From positions 8,267,539-8,331,538 of the forward strand of contig OZ316896.1 in the NCBI GenBank assembly GCA_973895155.1: a stretch of DNA of 64,000 nucleotides. Direction: 5' to 3'. The notes below the pieces were generated by a model that saw nothing but the letters and a program-made list of their open reading frames with translations, had not been told where the DNA came from and did no database searches. A program made the translations under genes and the position numbers. This document shows positions 11,400 through 24,700 of this stretch, one piece after another (position 1 is the stretch's first letter; the number at the start of each line of letters is the position of its first letter). Source of the DNA: Marsupella aquatica. Lineage: Eukaryota > Plantae > Marchantiophyta.

Positions 11400-14251
11400 T
11401 TATTTTGTAGAGATACATGCATGAGAGTGACTTGTCATGCCGGAGCTTAGGGTAGGAAGAGGCAGCATAGGTTTAGAAGGGCGGACCTAGCATCAGATAT
11501 TTCCCCCCTCTTGTCCATGTATAGGGTTCTTTGAAGCCCTATCATTTTGTTCATGCTTTTTCATTTTATAAAACAACAATTTTGCCTTCCACATTGGGTT
11601 CCAAGGAAAACCCCTCGCAAATAATGTATTGAATCCTGTGTGATCATAATTTTGCGAACCCTTTAAGAACTCATTCCCATCGCACAATATTAACCCCAAG
11701 GCGTCGCACTTTTTGAGTCAATTAACTTCAGAACTTCAGATCCAAATATGTCGGGTTTTTGTGATACTTCTAGGATTGCACTTTCCTAATCGCAACCGTT
11801 CACAAACTTCTGAAATCACCGGTATCGCTCTTTGTCATACAATCCCCATCAAAACAATTGAACCAGTATCAATCGCAAATATGATGCGATGGTAAATCCG
11901 TCTCAAATATTGACGCCCGCGCGGGACGTGTGCATGTATGTTTGCGAACCTTATGCGACGTATAATGGATCGCAGAAGTATTGAATATTGCGAACCTCTC
12001 AGCTTCTCAGTTTGCCATGATGTTGCGATGCCGTTGCGATGGTCCGCGTGCGAAGTTATTAGGTTCGCAAAGTGCGAAGGGGGTGCGATGCGCGTATGTT
12101 CGCAATAGCCAGAATTATGAAAATCAGGGGCTTGTTAGTTGCGATGAGATTGTCTTCGCAAAACCGGCCGATAGTGTTGTAGTGCTTGTCTGATTCCATG
12201 CGTTGCCCAGCTTGTTCCGGGGGGATTTTTTTGTTTTATTGGGAATTTTTAAGTAGACGGTTGACTCTCAAGGGCCATGTACGTCCTCTAGTTGAAGTAT
12301 GCCTGTAGCTTACATCTAGCTGCTTTTAAACTAATCAAACATTGGGACAAGAAGCTGTCATTGGAGTTGAATCGTGTGTGGTATTAACATGGATTCGGTG
12401 ATGAGTGATCGGTGATGCGTGAACTGTCTTGACAAAAAAAATGGGCATGAGCCCAAAAGTATGGAAGAAAGAATCCACAATTCCCAAATGAGCATAATTG
12501 TACATTATTAATCCAGTCAGTACATGACGGTTGCAAAGGCATATTCCGATTTTCACAGAAGAATCGAAAGACTTGCATACATAAATTTCCCTCGATAAGA
12601 TTCGACGCCATCCATAATGGAAGATGTAAAACAATTTCTCAATACAGTTTCTCAAAATGTAATTCCATCATGAAAATATGAAGCTATCCTGTCGGAAGAT
12701 AGCTAGTGAAATGATAAGGACCAAATCCTTATCATCCAGCCATTGTGAACTCTTGCACCGGATGTGTATTAATTTCAATTCCTTGATGCTTTGGTCGTTG
12801 CTCAGATTGGACGTGAGTTTGCATCAATGGCGAAGCTGCTGATGGGCCGACGGTGTCGGGTTGATGGACAGGATGAAGGGGGTTAAATCGGGCGTCGGTC
12901 TTGTAACTGCGCTACTTGTTGTCGGAGTCGTGAAGCTCATCCTGCACTTTCATAACGCTAAACAAGAGAAAGAAAAATATGATAAGCTAGTCCCAAAGGT
13001 TCAGACCATTGATGGCAATGTGATATGCTTTGAGTGATTTGGCGATTATGTCGGTGAGTTCCTGCAAAATTCTTTGAAGCCTTCTGCTAATTCTTGCTTA
13101 TCTATAGCAGCTTGCCACGATCTTTGACCATAATCCTCAATCTTGGAGGATTTGAATGAGACGGCCTCACATCGTCACTGACTGAGCCTTTTACATAAGA
13201 CTCACATTGCTGTGTAGATCAGAAAATCTTAGCTGCATCCAATACGCAGCAAATCAACCACGAACATCATCAACACTGTCGACGCTCTACCACAATCCAG
13301 CACCTTTGCAGATCTAACTCAAAGCAGGTGAGAGATGAAGAATTCTGAGTTCTGCCCTTCTTTTGTTTGCTGAATTTTATTTGGGTTCGTGGGCGCTGAG
13401 TGATCTGTCTCAGCTTCCTCCATTGTAGTTTGTCTTCTGCACGAACAAGCTCTCTGGATGTGGATAGTCATTATTTGCATTAATGTTCCGCAATTTTGAG
13501 TAATTTTCTTGTGTTTGATGAAGTGGGGCAATGAGTCATACTCCTTCTAAATGGCATCGAGTCCCAGTTGTAGCCTTCGTCAATCGGATTGTATACTTAG
13601 CGGCATAGAATCAAGTCCACTTCTTCCTTCTTCTTAAAAAGCTAGTGGTAGCACAAGGTCGAGAAATTGTCACGACACACAAACCATCTCTGTCCTCCTT
13701 TCTTTTCTGTTCTTGATTTACTTATTACTCGATTGAACCACAATTCATAATGCGGGTGGGCAATCAGTTACTCAGAGTAAATGAAACATAGGGTGGGCCT
13801 ACTATTAATTGAATAGTTGGTTACTCAATGTAAATAAAACGGTTATTTTTAAACATTTTTACATCAAGGTTTACGGCATGGCATCCTCAATTTTATCAAA
13901 ATCCTGCCACAAACACAAATGTTGAATTAATTTTATGTTGTAAACCAATCCGTACCTGTTTACAGCGCGTCTTGATGATGTGACGCGCTGTGGAGTCTCA
14001 AATTTTGGAAGGGACCAGTCCTCTAGTGGGGTTTGTAAACACAAAAATGGCATACAAGTGTTGTGAGATCCCTGCCTTAAATATGGGAAAGACCGCCCTC
14101 CCCCTTCTTAAATGGTTAAATCACATTCCCTACCTCCCTACTGCATTCCTGTCCTATGATGGGCAGTGTATTCACCCTAAAAGCTGGAACCCAAGCCATT
14201 CCTTGTGACACTGAATGTGTGCACTTGAGCATCTCCTGAATGTGTGCACTT

Positions 14252-14667
14252 GAGCATCTCTAGCAGTCTGGAGGTTGCTTCAGACCTCCAAACCCAAAAT
14301 TTACCCTGTATGATTTGACACCGTAAACTAGTCCCGATCGCCATCATCTGACTCTCATCTCCAGCGGTAGTGGGATTCTTGGCTGCAAACCTCTAAAAAC
14401 CAGGGTTCGAACTGCCCTTGGCGCCCCAGATCGCGCGCAGCATGGATGGCTTTCTGCTGTAGATGCTGATGGAGGTCATGATGGGGGTTGCACGAGACGA
14501 CTGCCAAAGTAGGGAAATGTGGCGGCCAGAGTCCAAACTTTGAGATGGCGACCACCAGAAATATGGAGATAAGCGGGACAGGTGGGGAGGGTGACCTCTA
14601 CAAGTGACCCACCAAATTATGACTTTTGGAGGTTACAGGCAAAAAACGGGCACAACTGGAGATGCTC
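14252..14667. mobile_element. Possible Tourist/PIF-Harbinger MITE
   Basis: Ends GAGCATCTC(T)AG ... CTGGAGATGCTC followed by TAA; the left flank has a 25-bp tandem duplication (14211-14260) and no clean TAA/TTA TSD. Confidence 0.5.
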
Positions 14668-17600
14668 TAATTTACTAGACCGTCCCCTATTAAGCAGATG
14701 GGCCATAATTCACCAACTTTGGCCTATGCTCAGTTTGGAGACCACTAAATGGATACTCTAATGATGGCTATCACTAATTCAACATCCAATCGGACTCAGG
14801 CAGCTGTCCCAGCAGGACGGGATTGCGGTGTTGTGCTGGAGCACTCTATCTTGAACCTTTGCTAGGCAGGAATCTCCGAATTTCAGGGAGACACCGAGTT
14901 GTTAAACCACGCATCCGAGTATAAGGGGCTCCGCGTAACGCGGAGTCCCCATACGAAGTGTATTCCATACAGCAAAAAGACGGGCTACGCAGCAACGCCT
15001 GCCCTCCACCGTCCGATCGACGCTCATAGCTGCGCCTACCCTCAGCCATAGGATGTGATCTATGGCTCAAATTGTAGGTCTTGTTGAGATCTACGTCTCC
15101 AAAAAATCTCACACAAAATGGTTTATTATTTCAGGAGAAATGATAGAAAAACGAATGGTGCGCTCTGATTGGCTAGATTCAAAATTTGAATTTCGGGGGG
15201 AATATTGATCTAAGCCGTCTGATTGTTTTGCCTCCACAAATCTCATCCGTCTATCATATTGGTCAATCTATGGCTCAAAAGAAAGACCTCGAGGAGATCT
15301 ATGGATGGGTTTTTTCCGTTTTGTAAATGGGTTTATATTTCTCAAATTAAAAATAAAACAAATCTAAGCGCTCCTGGCCGTCGATTCATTGATTTTGCAA
15401 TCTCTGCCGTTCATTGTTTATTGCATCTTAAAATCTTGTCCGTCCACGTTAGAAGGCGATCTAGGGTGCAAAAAAGAGATCTCGATAAGATCTACAGTTG
15501 GGTGTTTTTAGTTTCTAAAATGAGTAAATAGTTTTTGCAATAAAATTTAATGAAGTTTGGAGTTGTGAACCATCTCTCCTGCCCCGATCCTGGATTTCCC
15601 TGCGCCGTGCCCAGCATTTATGGCCGTACAGTCCCTTGCTGCTTTAAATACCCCGATGCGTGGTTTAAAATCACCCTAGGCTCGTCAATTATAAATAGGG
15701 AACAAAATTGTGAAATTAGTATTCTATGTTCAAACGATGAAAGAAATGGAGGTGGAAATTAACACTAAAAAAGCAACGTAAATTCAATAGGGAAACACCA
15801 GGGAAACACAGCCCGTTGATATTCCCCGGTCCAGCTGCCAAAGAAATTCAAAACAGTCCACTCCATGTCAAAGTTAGATAGGTCTAAGACTGCTTGGAAT
15901 GGATGCAAACTGGTGAGCGTCTCTTCAATCGCAGAAGAACCAGTCAATGCCGAGGATGAAACGAACGTGAAATGGCTTCAAGGGTTCTAGCTCAGAGGAA
16001 AAGATAATAAATGAAGAATCACGGTGCAAAAACCACAGATACATGTCTGAATGAAAGTTGTCATTGGTGCTCTGGTCGTTTCAATCGCAGCCAAATGATC
16101 ATCAGCAAGTCAATGTCATGCAAGTACTGTACTTGCCGGTGGATCCAATCGAACGCAACTAACTTCTCCTGTTGCTTTCAAATGTTTGTTTACACTTTAC
16201 AGCCACACCCAGTTTCCGGAATTTGCACGACCGATCTCAGCTATCAAACTATCAAATGCTATACACGTAAATATTAAGTTTTTAGAAACATCGGCTGAAG
16301 TGCAAACACGAGTCACACCGAACAGAACGGAAGAGGGAAAAACCAACTAAGTCATGATCAAATCCAGGGGATCAGACTGTCCTCCTCTGAATTGGTGACT
16401 ACGGAGCTGCAGGGGGAGCTGCAGCTACTTGTTTAGCCATAAACCAAATTGCCCTGGCAGCAGCGGTATGATTATAGTGTAAATAGTCCACAAGGGCAGT
16501 ATTGGCTTATTAAAAGCAAGACACAACGAGCTGCCCGTTTGCATATGAAATTGCGGCGAAGTGGAAATGAAACAAATGATGTAGAATCCGAATTCTTTTA
16601 TCCCCAAAATACAAGCTCTTCGGCTACTAGGGGAAGTCGACGTCACTCAACATTATTTCGAAATTCACTAATGGATTCGCCGTATTTTTCGCTTTGGCTA
16701 GTAGGAGATGGTCACTGCTGGATCTTTAAACCCGGACTCCCCGGGTCGTTTCTGCACGTTTCCAGCTACAGTCTCGATCAAAGCTGTCAGCCGCAGGCTG
16801 CTAAGGTCGATCTTTACTCAGACTTACGACATCTGTTTGGCAATTCGCGGTGGCGGAACTCTCTCAGGAAGTGCTTCGCCCCTCAGCCACAAAGCATCCC
16901 ATAGCACAGTTGGATTTTCATGCCGCGTAGGTACGGCGGGATGGCTTTACAGTCTGCACGCGAGCGAGGCCGGAAGCTTGCCACTACTCTATGCCCAAGC
17001 AACAGCTCCTCGGCACCGGAAGCTTGCCAACACTAGTCACCGTGTGATGAAGGGATTGATCCAATGGTTGATATGGGTGGAAAATGAGGTATCTTGTTTG
17101 GTAGGAGTTAGTTCTATATCTGACGCAAGAATGCAAGAACAGTTAGACACACCGGGCTGCTGGTATGGGTCAAGATAGCTTGGCAGCTTGGTTAGTATTG
17201 AATCAAGGAAGCATGTGTGGTTTCTCTTTAATTTAGGAACGTACCTGAAGCGTTGTATTATTCTTGATGTACACCGGTAAGGAAACACGTGAGAGGGGGC
17301 GCTCACGTTGGGGCCATTGTTGTGTGATCGTCTCTTTGCATCCTGAGGAGAAAGCAATTGCTACTACTTTACAATAGGTTGGTCTTTGAACAGCTCAGGT
17401 AGGAGTCTAGATCGACCTCTAAATAAGCTATTGCACCGTACTGGTCGAGAGTTCGTTGCATCATCATATGTTGACTTTTGGTGATCTCAATTGATTTCTC
17501 CCGTACCTAGAGCCAGCACTGTGCTGGGATTGGGCTGATAAAGCTATGTTGCGTAGATCGCCTGACACGCCAGTTCACTCATCCAGATTTTGTCTGGCCT

Positions 17601-18585
17601 TGTAACGCATACTCTTCTTCGCTCGAGCTAGGTATATTATCTAGGTTTCCATGTCTAGTGGTCCACTATGTTTATTTGGAAAGGAGATGAGCCTCAGGTT
17701 CACAGTGCCTCACACCACGGGATGAACATCGAGACTAAGCTAGCTCGACTGCTGTCTTTCAGACGTACCGTCAGAACCGTCCGGGGAGTCGTCAATTCAA
17801 GAGATAGATCATAAATCTCCTCGCTCTCTATCGTCCTCAATAAGCTCAATTCCTGGGGGCGAGGTGGGGCTGTGGCAACAGGAATTGTGAAATGAATGAG
17901 CTGTGTGTCTGCTACATTCTAATCCGATAAATATGCACCACCCCAACTTGTGGGTTGATTTTCGAAAATCAAAATGCTGTGTTTCGTCGCTCCTCTTCAA
18001 TGACTGTTCAATTCAGGAAGAGGTGGGGGTTGTAAACGTACAGCCAGAAGATTTCATTCATATGGTGAACAAATTTTGAGAAGACCCGGAACTACTTGCG
18101 GTCCAATCACAGGGCAATGAAGAGAAGTACAGTTAAGGGCCTGTCGATCTAACGCTCTAGCTAGGTGAGGAGAATCATGCCGCAAGCTAGTTTGAAATTG
18201 AAAACGAGTAGGGGAAGAACGAAGAATAGGATCACAGTGTGTTACTTTCCACATTCGCGGGAAAGGTCGAGATTACAGGATTCCGCTAAAAAACATCATC
18301 GCCGATTCGTCTGAGAGCTTCTCTTCGCAAGTCTCAAGGCTGTCTACTGTCTAGGGAGCTCTGGACACCGTCCAAAACGCACCGATTAATTCAAGAGTTC
18401 TCACTCGACTACTCTCTGAGAAGTGGCACTGCTGTTGCTTTTGGGCCAGCATCCAAGTTCATCTTATGCTCGCCAGCCTCTAGAGATCATGCATAAAGCA
18501 GCAGCTTTCAATCTGGTGGGACAGTGAGCTCCTTTGACATGCAGTTCGGGCCTCTTGGCGAATACTGGAGTAAATCCTCAGTTGA

Positions 18586-18672
18586 CGTCTACTTCTTTCG
18601 TCTGAGTGGTCGGCGCAGACAGAACTGTACGTCTACTTCTTTCGTCGGAGTAATCGGCGCAGACAGAACTGT
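18586..18672. repeat. ~43-bp tandem duplication upstream of the ABCB start codon
   Basis: acgtctacttct(t)tcgtc.gagt..tcggcgcagacagaactgt present twice. Confidence 0.75.
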
Positions 18673-18773
18673 CTGGAAGGGTTTAGTTCGTTATAGCGAC
18701 AAGGTGGAAAACAGGCAGATGCATTGAGGTGAATTGTGATCGAAGAACGATTATTGCCACCGAGAACGAGGCA

Positions 18774-21700
18774 ATGGATTTCAGTTTTCCTCAGGCAAGT
18801 ACTGCAGACGCTGACGAAGAAACCATGCAAAACAAGGCAGACACTTCAATTGACAAGAGGGAAGATGTCATCAAAGAGGAGCACTTCGCGAGCAAGAATG
18901 GAGAAGCGGTGTTTCGTATAGAGGATGGCATTCCCATCGGCCCGAGGAATGCCTCGCAGGCTCTGCCAGAGCCCGGAGGGAAAGGATCGGAGCGTGGTCA
19001 GACAGCTGCGGCTGAGAAGGACGTCGACCCTTCCTTCCAGATTCGAGAGGTTTCATTTTTATCTCTGTTCAAATACGCTGACTGGAAAGATGTCTTACTG
19101 ATGACATTTGGTACAATCGGTGCAATACTCGATGGGTTAACCTTACCGGCCGCGCTGTTCATCACGTCGGGATTAATTAACACGTTCGGATCAGATGTGA
19201 CCTTGGCCAGTGTCAACCCTCAACAGTTCGACCAAGAAATTAACAAGGTATCATGCCGCCATATATATTCCCAAAACTGTAATCTATGTAGTACGAAATT
19301 AACAAGGTACCATGCCACCGTATACTTTCCCGCAACTGCCTGTAGTTTATTGCCAGGATTGTTGTCCTTGCCAGCTATTCTCGCCCACATTCAAGCACTC
19401 AATTAATTCTCGAATGCCAGAATTCCACATTTGTCAGTGCGCGTTACAAAATACAAAATCCTCGTCCTAGGTTCTAGATCGCTACTAGGAATTGGTATGA
19501 AGGGGTCACTCTTAATTACCGAAGGATCGCATTGCTCCTGTATCAAGTTTATAATCACCCACAGAATTACCCGTGTAAACGTTCACCGCAGGTTGATCAT
19601 GACAAGGTTCTGTACTTGGACGTAACGTAATGTGACAAGTATGAATGCCCACAAGAGCATAGTGCATTCATCTCAACCTGGCAGTGGCCGCCACACCAGA
19701 ACATGTCTAAGTAGTAACTTAATTGCTCGTACTTTAGTGCTAGTAATCCCCGAGCATTATTGACAATTTTCCATTTTCTGGTTTGGCTATCTGTGCAGTA
19801 CGTCATTCGATTCATATATCTAGCAATTGTCTGCTGGGTTGCCAGTTTCTTAGGTATGTTGTCAAATTTCCACAGAATGATTTTTTGCAAAGTTCATTTT
19901 GAAGTGCTGGTGGGCCCTCTTGGATGATCGAATTGCTGGCACTGTCTTAAGCTCAGAAAAGCAGCATATATATGATCTGGTTGAATATTGCAGAGGCGGC
20001 TTGCTGGATGCGCACAGGCGAGAGGCAAACGAGTTCTCTCCGTTCTAAGTACCTTAGAGCCATTTTGCGGCAAAATGAGGGGTTTTTTGATACCGCTGGT
20101 GCGAATACAGCTGAAGTGGTCAACAGTGTGTCCGCGGATACGCTCGTCATTCAGGAAGCAATTAGCGAGAAGGTGATTTAAATCACGAAGCTTGAATTGA
20201 AATCTCATTTGTAAATCTTGGTTATGGTACTAAGCATGTACATGAATTCTTGGGGGAATCACTTTAACTTGTCCTTGCCTACACTATACTCCCTTTGATT
20301 GACATTCACTAAGTGAATTTTCATAGACCAGTAAACTGCTTCCCGAGGTCAGTTGCCTCTCGGTGCTTTAAATGTCTTAGACTTAGATGCGACAAACTTA
20401 ATAGCGGATACACGGGCCGATGTATGTATTTCGCAGGTGGGTCATTTCATCACGAATGTATCAAATTTCATCGGAGGATTCGCTGTGTCCTTTTACATGG
20501 TATGGCGGGTGGCGCTGATCCTTGTGGCGTTCTCGCCTCTTCTTGTCATCCCGGGTCTCATATACGGCAGAACATTGACAGGCCTTGCCCGGAGTATGCA
20601 AGCCACCTATGGCGAAGCCGCCACTGTCGCCGAGCAGGCGATCTCCTCCATCAGAACAGTCTATTCCTTCGTGGGCGAGGAAAAGACCGAGAAACGCTTT
20701 TCCAATAGCTTGGACTTCAGCGTGAAGATGGGAATGAAAATGGGGCTGGCTAAAGGATTGGCTGTTGGATCGAATGGCATCACTTTTGCCGTATGGGGAT
20801 TCTTGTCTTGGTATGGAAGCACCCTGATCATAGACGGACGCGTCAGTGGCGGGAAGCTTATTTGTGCCGGATTGGCATCCTTAACAGGAGGATTGTAAGT
20901 TCCTTGGCTTCACCTTGATCCCATAACTATACTACTAGTATCCGCCTCTTGCATTGATCATTGTTATCTGCTTTGTTTGCACCTTACGTTATATCGTGCA
21001 GTACAAGATCTCGTTAGGTTCACACGGGAAAGATCATGTCTGAAGTGATATCATTCAAACACCCACCTAGTTAGCACTTGAAGAATTGCACGGTCCCTCG
21101 TCAGCCCTTAACTAATTCGCAGGGTGGCTCAATATAATTCTTGATAGATTTGCGTAGTCGTGGAGCTCATGAGGCAGATTCCTCTACAAACTACGACGTA
21201 CCGTAGCGGCAATTGAACCGAAAATCCATAGCTACAGTCACTTAGGTTAAAAATTCGAAATCTCTAGTGATAGGATCTATCGAGCTCTTCTGCAACTGGA
21301 AGCTTTCGTCAGCATATTTCTGGCGCCTTCAAGTGATCTTGGTGAATCTCAGCTATCCGCGGTTGGTCCTGCCTATGAGAGTTTGTATGATAGTTTACAT
21401 GATCTGAGCCTCTGTTTACTCTGTAGTCGCTGCCCGTATGCAAGCCATTTGCATATACCTTGGTACGTGCCGTCCATTCCAGAGACCAAACAAAGGAAAT
21501 AATTGACTACGTTGCTGATGTGGTTAGACTGTAGCTAGGCCCAAGTTCTTGTTTATGGGTCAAAGTGCAAGGCAGAAAAATGATGCTGACCAGAGGTCCA
21601 CTTTATGTCCTCGGTTTCGCAGAGCATTGGGAACTGCACTGCCAAACTTGAGGTACTTCTCTGAGGGTCGTTCAGCCGCCACTCGAATCTTTGCTATGAT

Positions 21701-24700
21701 CGACAGAGTACCAGAGATTGACCCCGATAATGTGAGTGGCCAAGTGCTGCAGAAAGTCCAAGGATCTATCGAGCTTCGAAACGTGGAGTTCGCCTACCCG
21801 TCCCGCCCAGATATGCAGATTTTCAAGAACTTCAATTTGCACGTTCCGGCAGGTATGTTTGCTCGATATATAGCTCTAATTCGTCTCATTATGCAAATTA
21901 GGACCCCGTGTACTGACCCGTTTACTGAAATATCCTAATGTCCTGGACTCGATTTTGTACTCTATTCATAATGCCCCTGTAGAGTGTACTCTTGAGGTAC
22001 ATGATGAACTCATGCTTACATAGCCGTCAGATTTTATTTGTTTAACTTCTGATGGACGGAAATTCAGGCTTTGATAGACACTCTCCTTCATCTTCAGTCG
22101 TAAATTAATCCAAGCTAGCAGCATCAATTTATGGTGGCTTTCTCTCTTGTAATCATCGAAATACGCGAGCCAGGCTGTAAATAGTGGATTGTTTGGGTAG
22201 AAGAGAGTTGCAACATATTAGGGCCCTACTCTGACATGAACTTCTCTATTTAAACGGTTGAGCAGGTTTGACAGTTGCACTTGTGGGAGGCAGTGGAAGC
22301 GGGAAATCCACTGTGGTGGCCTTGATTGAGCGATTCTACGATCCGTCGAAGGGTCAGGTCTTGCTAGGCGGCATCAATATCAAAGATCTGCAGCTGAAAT
22401 GGATGCGGAGTCAAATCGGGCTCGTCAGCCAAGAACCTGCTTTATTTGCGACCACCATTAAAGAAAACATTTTATTTGGCAAAGAAGGCGCTTCCATCGA
22501 CGAAGTTATACAGGCTGCAAAAGCTTCTAATGCCCACAACTTCATCTCGATGATGCCCATGGGCTATGATACACAGGTCAGGCTAAACGTCTGTCTTATT
22601 CCGAAACTATGAATATATTATAGGTGGCACTTCGCTACAGTACCACATCGTGATGATGATTGAACTTCCATTTTCAGGATAGATGGACGCAACGGAGACT
22701 GATGTGGTGTAGATGTTATCTCCTGGACTGGTATGCAGGTCGGAGACAAAGGAGTGCAAATGTCTGGAGGACAGAAGCAAAGAATAGCTATAGCTCGAGC
22801 TATTCTGAAGAACCCGCCAATTCTGCTTCTGGATGAAGCAACCAGTGCTCTGGATGCGGAGTCGGAGAAGGTGGTGCAAGGAGCTCTGGAAGCGGCATCT
22901 GTTGGCCGAACCACTGTGGTGGTCGCTCATCGCCTCTCGACTATTCGCACGGCTGACATGATTGCTGTGGTCTCAGGTAGACTTACACCCTGGATTCTAA
23001 AATATAGATTTGAGTATGTCATATTCGAAGTGTCATCAATTGATTGAGAAAAGAAAATCAATTTGGTATGACCTCATTGAACTGTATAGAATGAGGTCAG
23101 TCAGAATTTCTCTGTATGGCTCAGTGTCTGAAGGATTTGTCGCTGATAATCCAAATCGAAAACGAAAATGATGTTTTGGAGGTCACTCGTGATAGTTTGA
23201 CGAGCGTTCATGCACTATTTCCCAGACTTTTGGAGTATAACGTTACATGGTTTGATTCCACCCATATCCAGGCTAGGGAAGGATGAGTGATCTGTAGGTT
23301 CCGTCCTGTTCAGTTACGGTGAGTGAATAGATCGGAGGACGAAATATCAGGATGAAGCGCCGCGTGTACAGTAAGGGTTGTTTTAAATACCTTCGAACTT
23401 TTTCCTCCAAATGAATGTTTATCTCGAAATTGAACCTTAACGTTTTTCTGTGAACGATTTGCGTTGAATTCAAAGGTGGACAAGTGGTGGAAACCGGGAC
23501 CCACGACGATCTCGTACATATTGCCGGGGGTGCCTATGCAGCGCTAGTAAACCTCCAGCAAACTAGAAGTGCCCAAGACAACACCAGTGAAGAAGTGAAA
23601 TCATCTATCCAGAGAATGAGTCAAGAGAGATTGAGCTCACGGTCCATGGGGTCGAAAAGTTGGCGATCTTATTCGATGGGTGGATCACAGAGATACAGAG
23701 AGGAGCTCAGGCAATCATTTTCTGGACCAGAAGTGCATCCGATATCTGATTCGTCCAGAGACTTTGCCTCGGGCCTTGACTCTCCAGTTAAAGCTCCCTC
23801 GTTCACAAGGCTACTAGCTATGAACAAACCTGAGTGGAAACAAGCAATTCTTGGGTCAATTGGTGCAGTTGGCTTTGGGCTGGTGCAGCCATTGTATGCC
23901 TTCTGCTTGGGAAGCATGATCTCCATCTTCTACTTGCAAGACCACCATAAACTACAAAATGAAGTCGATCACTACGCTTTGATCTTCGTTGCTCTGGCCA
24001 TTGCTTGTTTTATCGTCAATCTCCTTCAGCACTACAACTTTGCAGCCATGGGAGAGCTTCTTACAAAGAGGATTAGAACCAACATGTTGTCGAAGATCCT
24101 CACGTTCGAGGTCGGATGGTTCGATCAGGACGAGAATTCGAGTGGGGCGGTCTGCTCAAGACTTGCATCCGAGGCCAACGTGGTATGGTTTGCGCTATCT
24201 GCAACTTCTGTTATCTGCTTTGTGAGGAATTCCGCTTCATTTCAATATCCAATGACTTTTAATGTGATAATTTCATGGATCTCGTTGTCCAGATATCGTC
24301 TCTCTTGGCTGAACCCCTTCATTCTTCATGCTTTCCAAAACTATGCAGAAAGTCATGTCTAAGATCCACGATATTTAAAAAATTTCATTCTCGCGAACCC
24401 ACACTTCCCTAATATTAATCACAGAAGCATTTAAAAGCTCTCGAAATTTAATTTCATTCCTCTGTAATTTTCGTTCCCCTGGAACATCGAAAAGCTTACA
24501 TCACCTAATACTTGAGCTTGTTCTTATGGAACGAATGAACTGTGAACGAATGAATGTATTAATCAATCAAGGAGACTCACCGTAGGAGTAGACTGTCGGT
24601 TCTATGGCTAACCATCTCCCGAAAAGATTGAGTTAAAGATCCCTGTCATCAGCGTTAAATTCCCTGAAATCTATTCGTCACAATTTTACAATTGTGACTT

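Larger units (their letters stand above)
2298..12184 (-). mobile_element. Full-length CACTA (EnSpm) DNA transposon, 9887 bp
   Basis: Left TIR CACTACTACATATTGGCCCCTTTTGCGAAG at 2298; right TIR (reverse complement) CACTACAACACTATCGGCCGGTTTTGCGAAG ending at 12184; 3-bp TSD CTT (2295-2297 and 12185-12187); subterminal TCGCAA repeats; encodes a TnpD-like transposase. Confidence 0.96.

Noticed and set aside
12188-13560. Possible decayed gene on the minus strand, continuing across the CACTA insertion into 2114-2297
   Set aside because: Only short stop-riddled frames with no motif I can recognise; needs tblastx.
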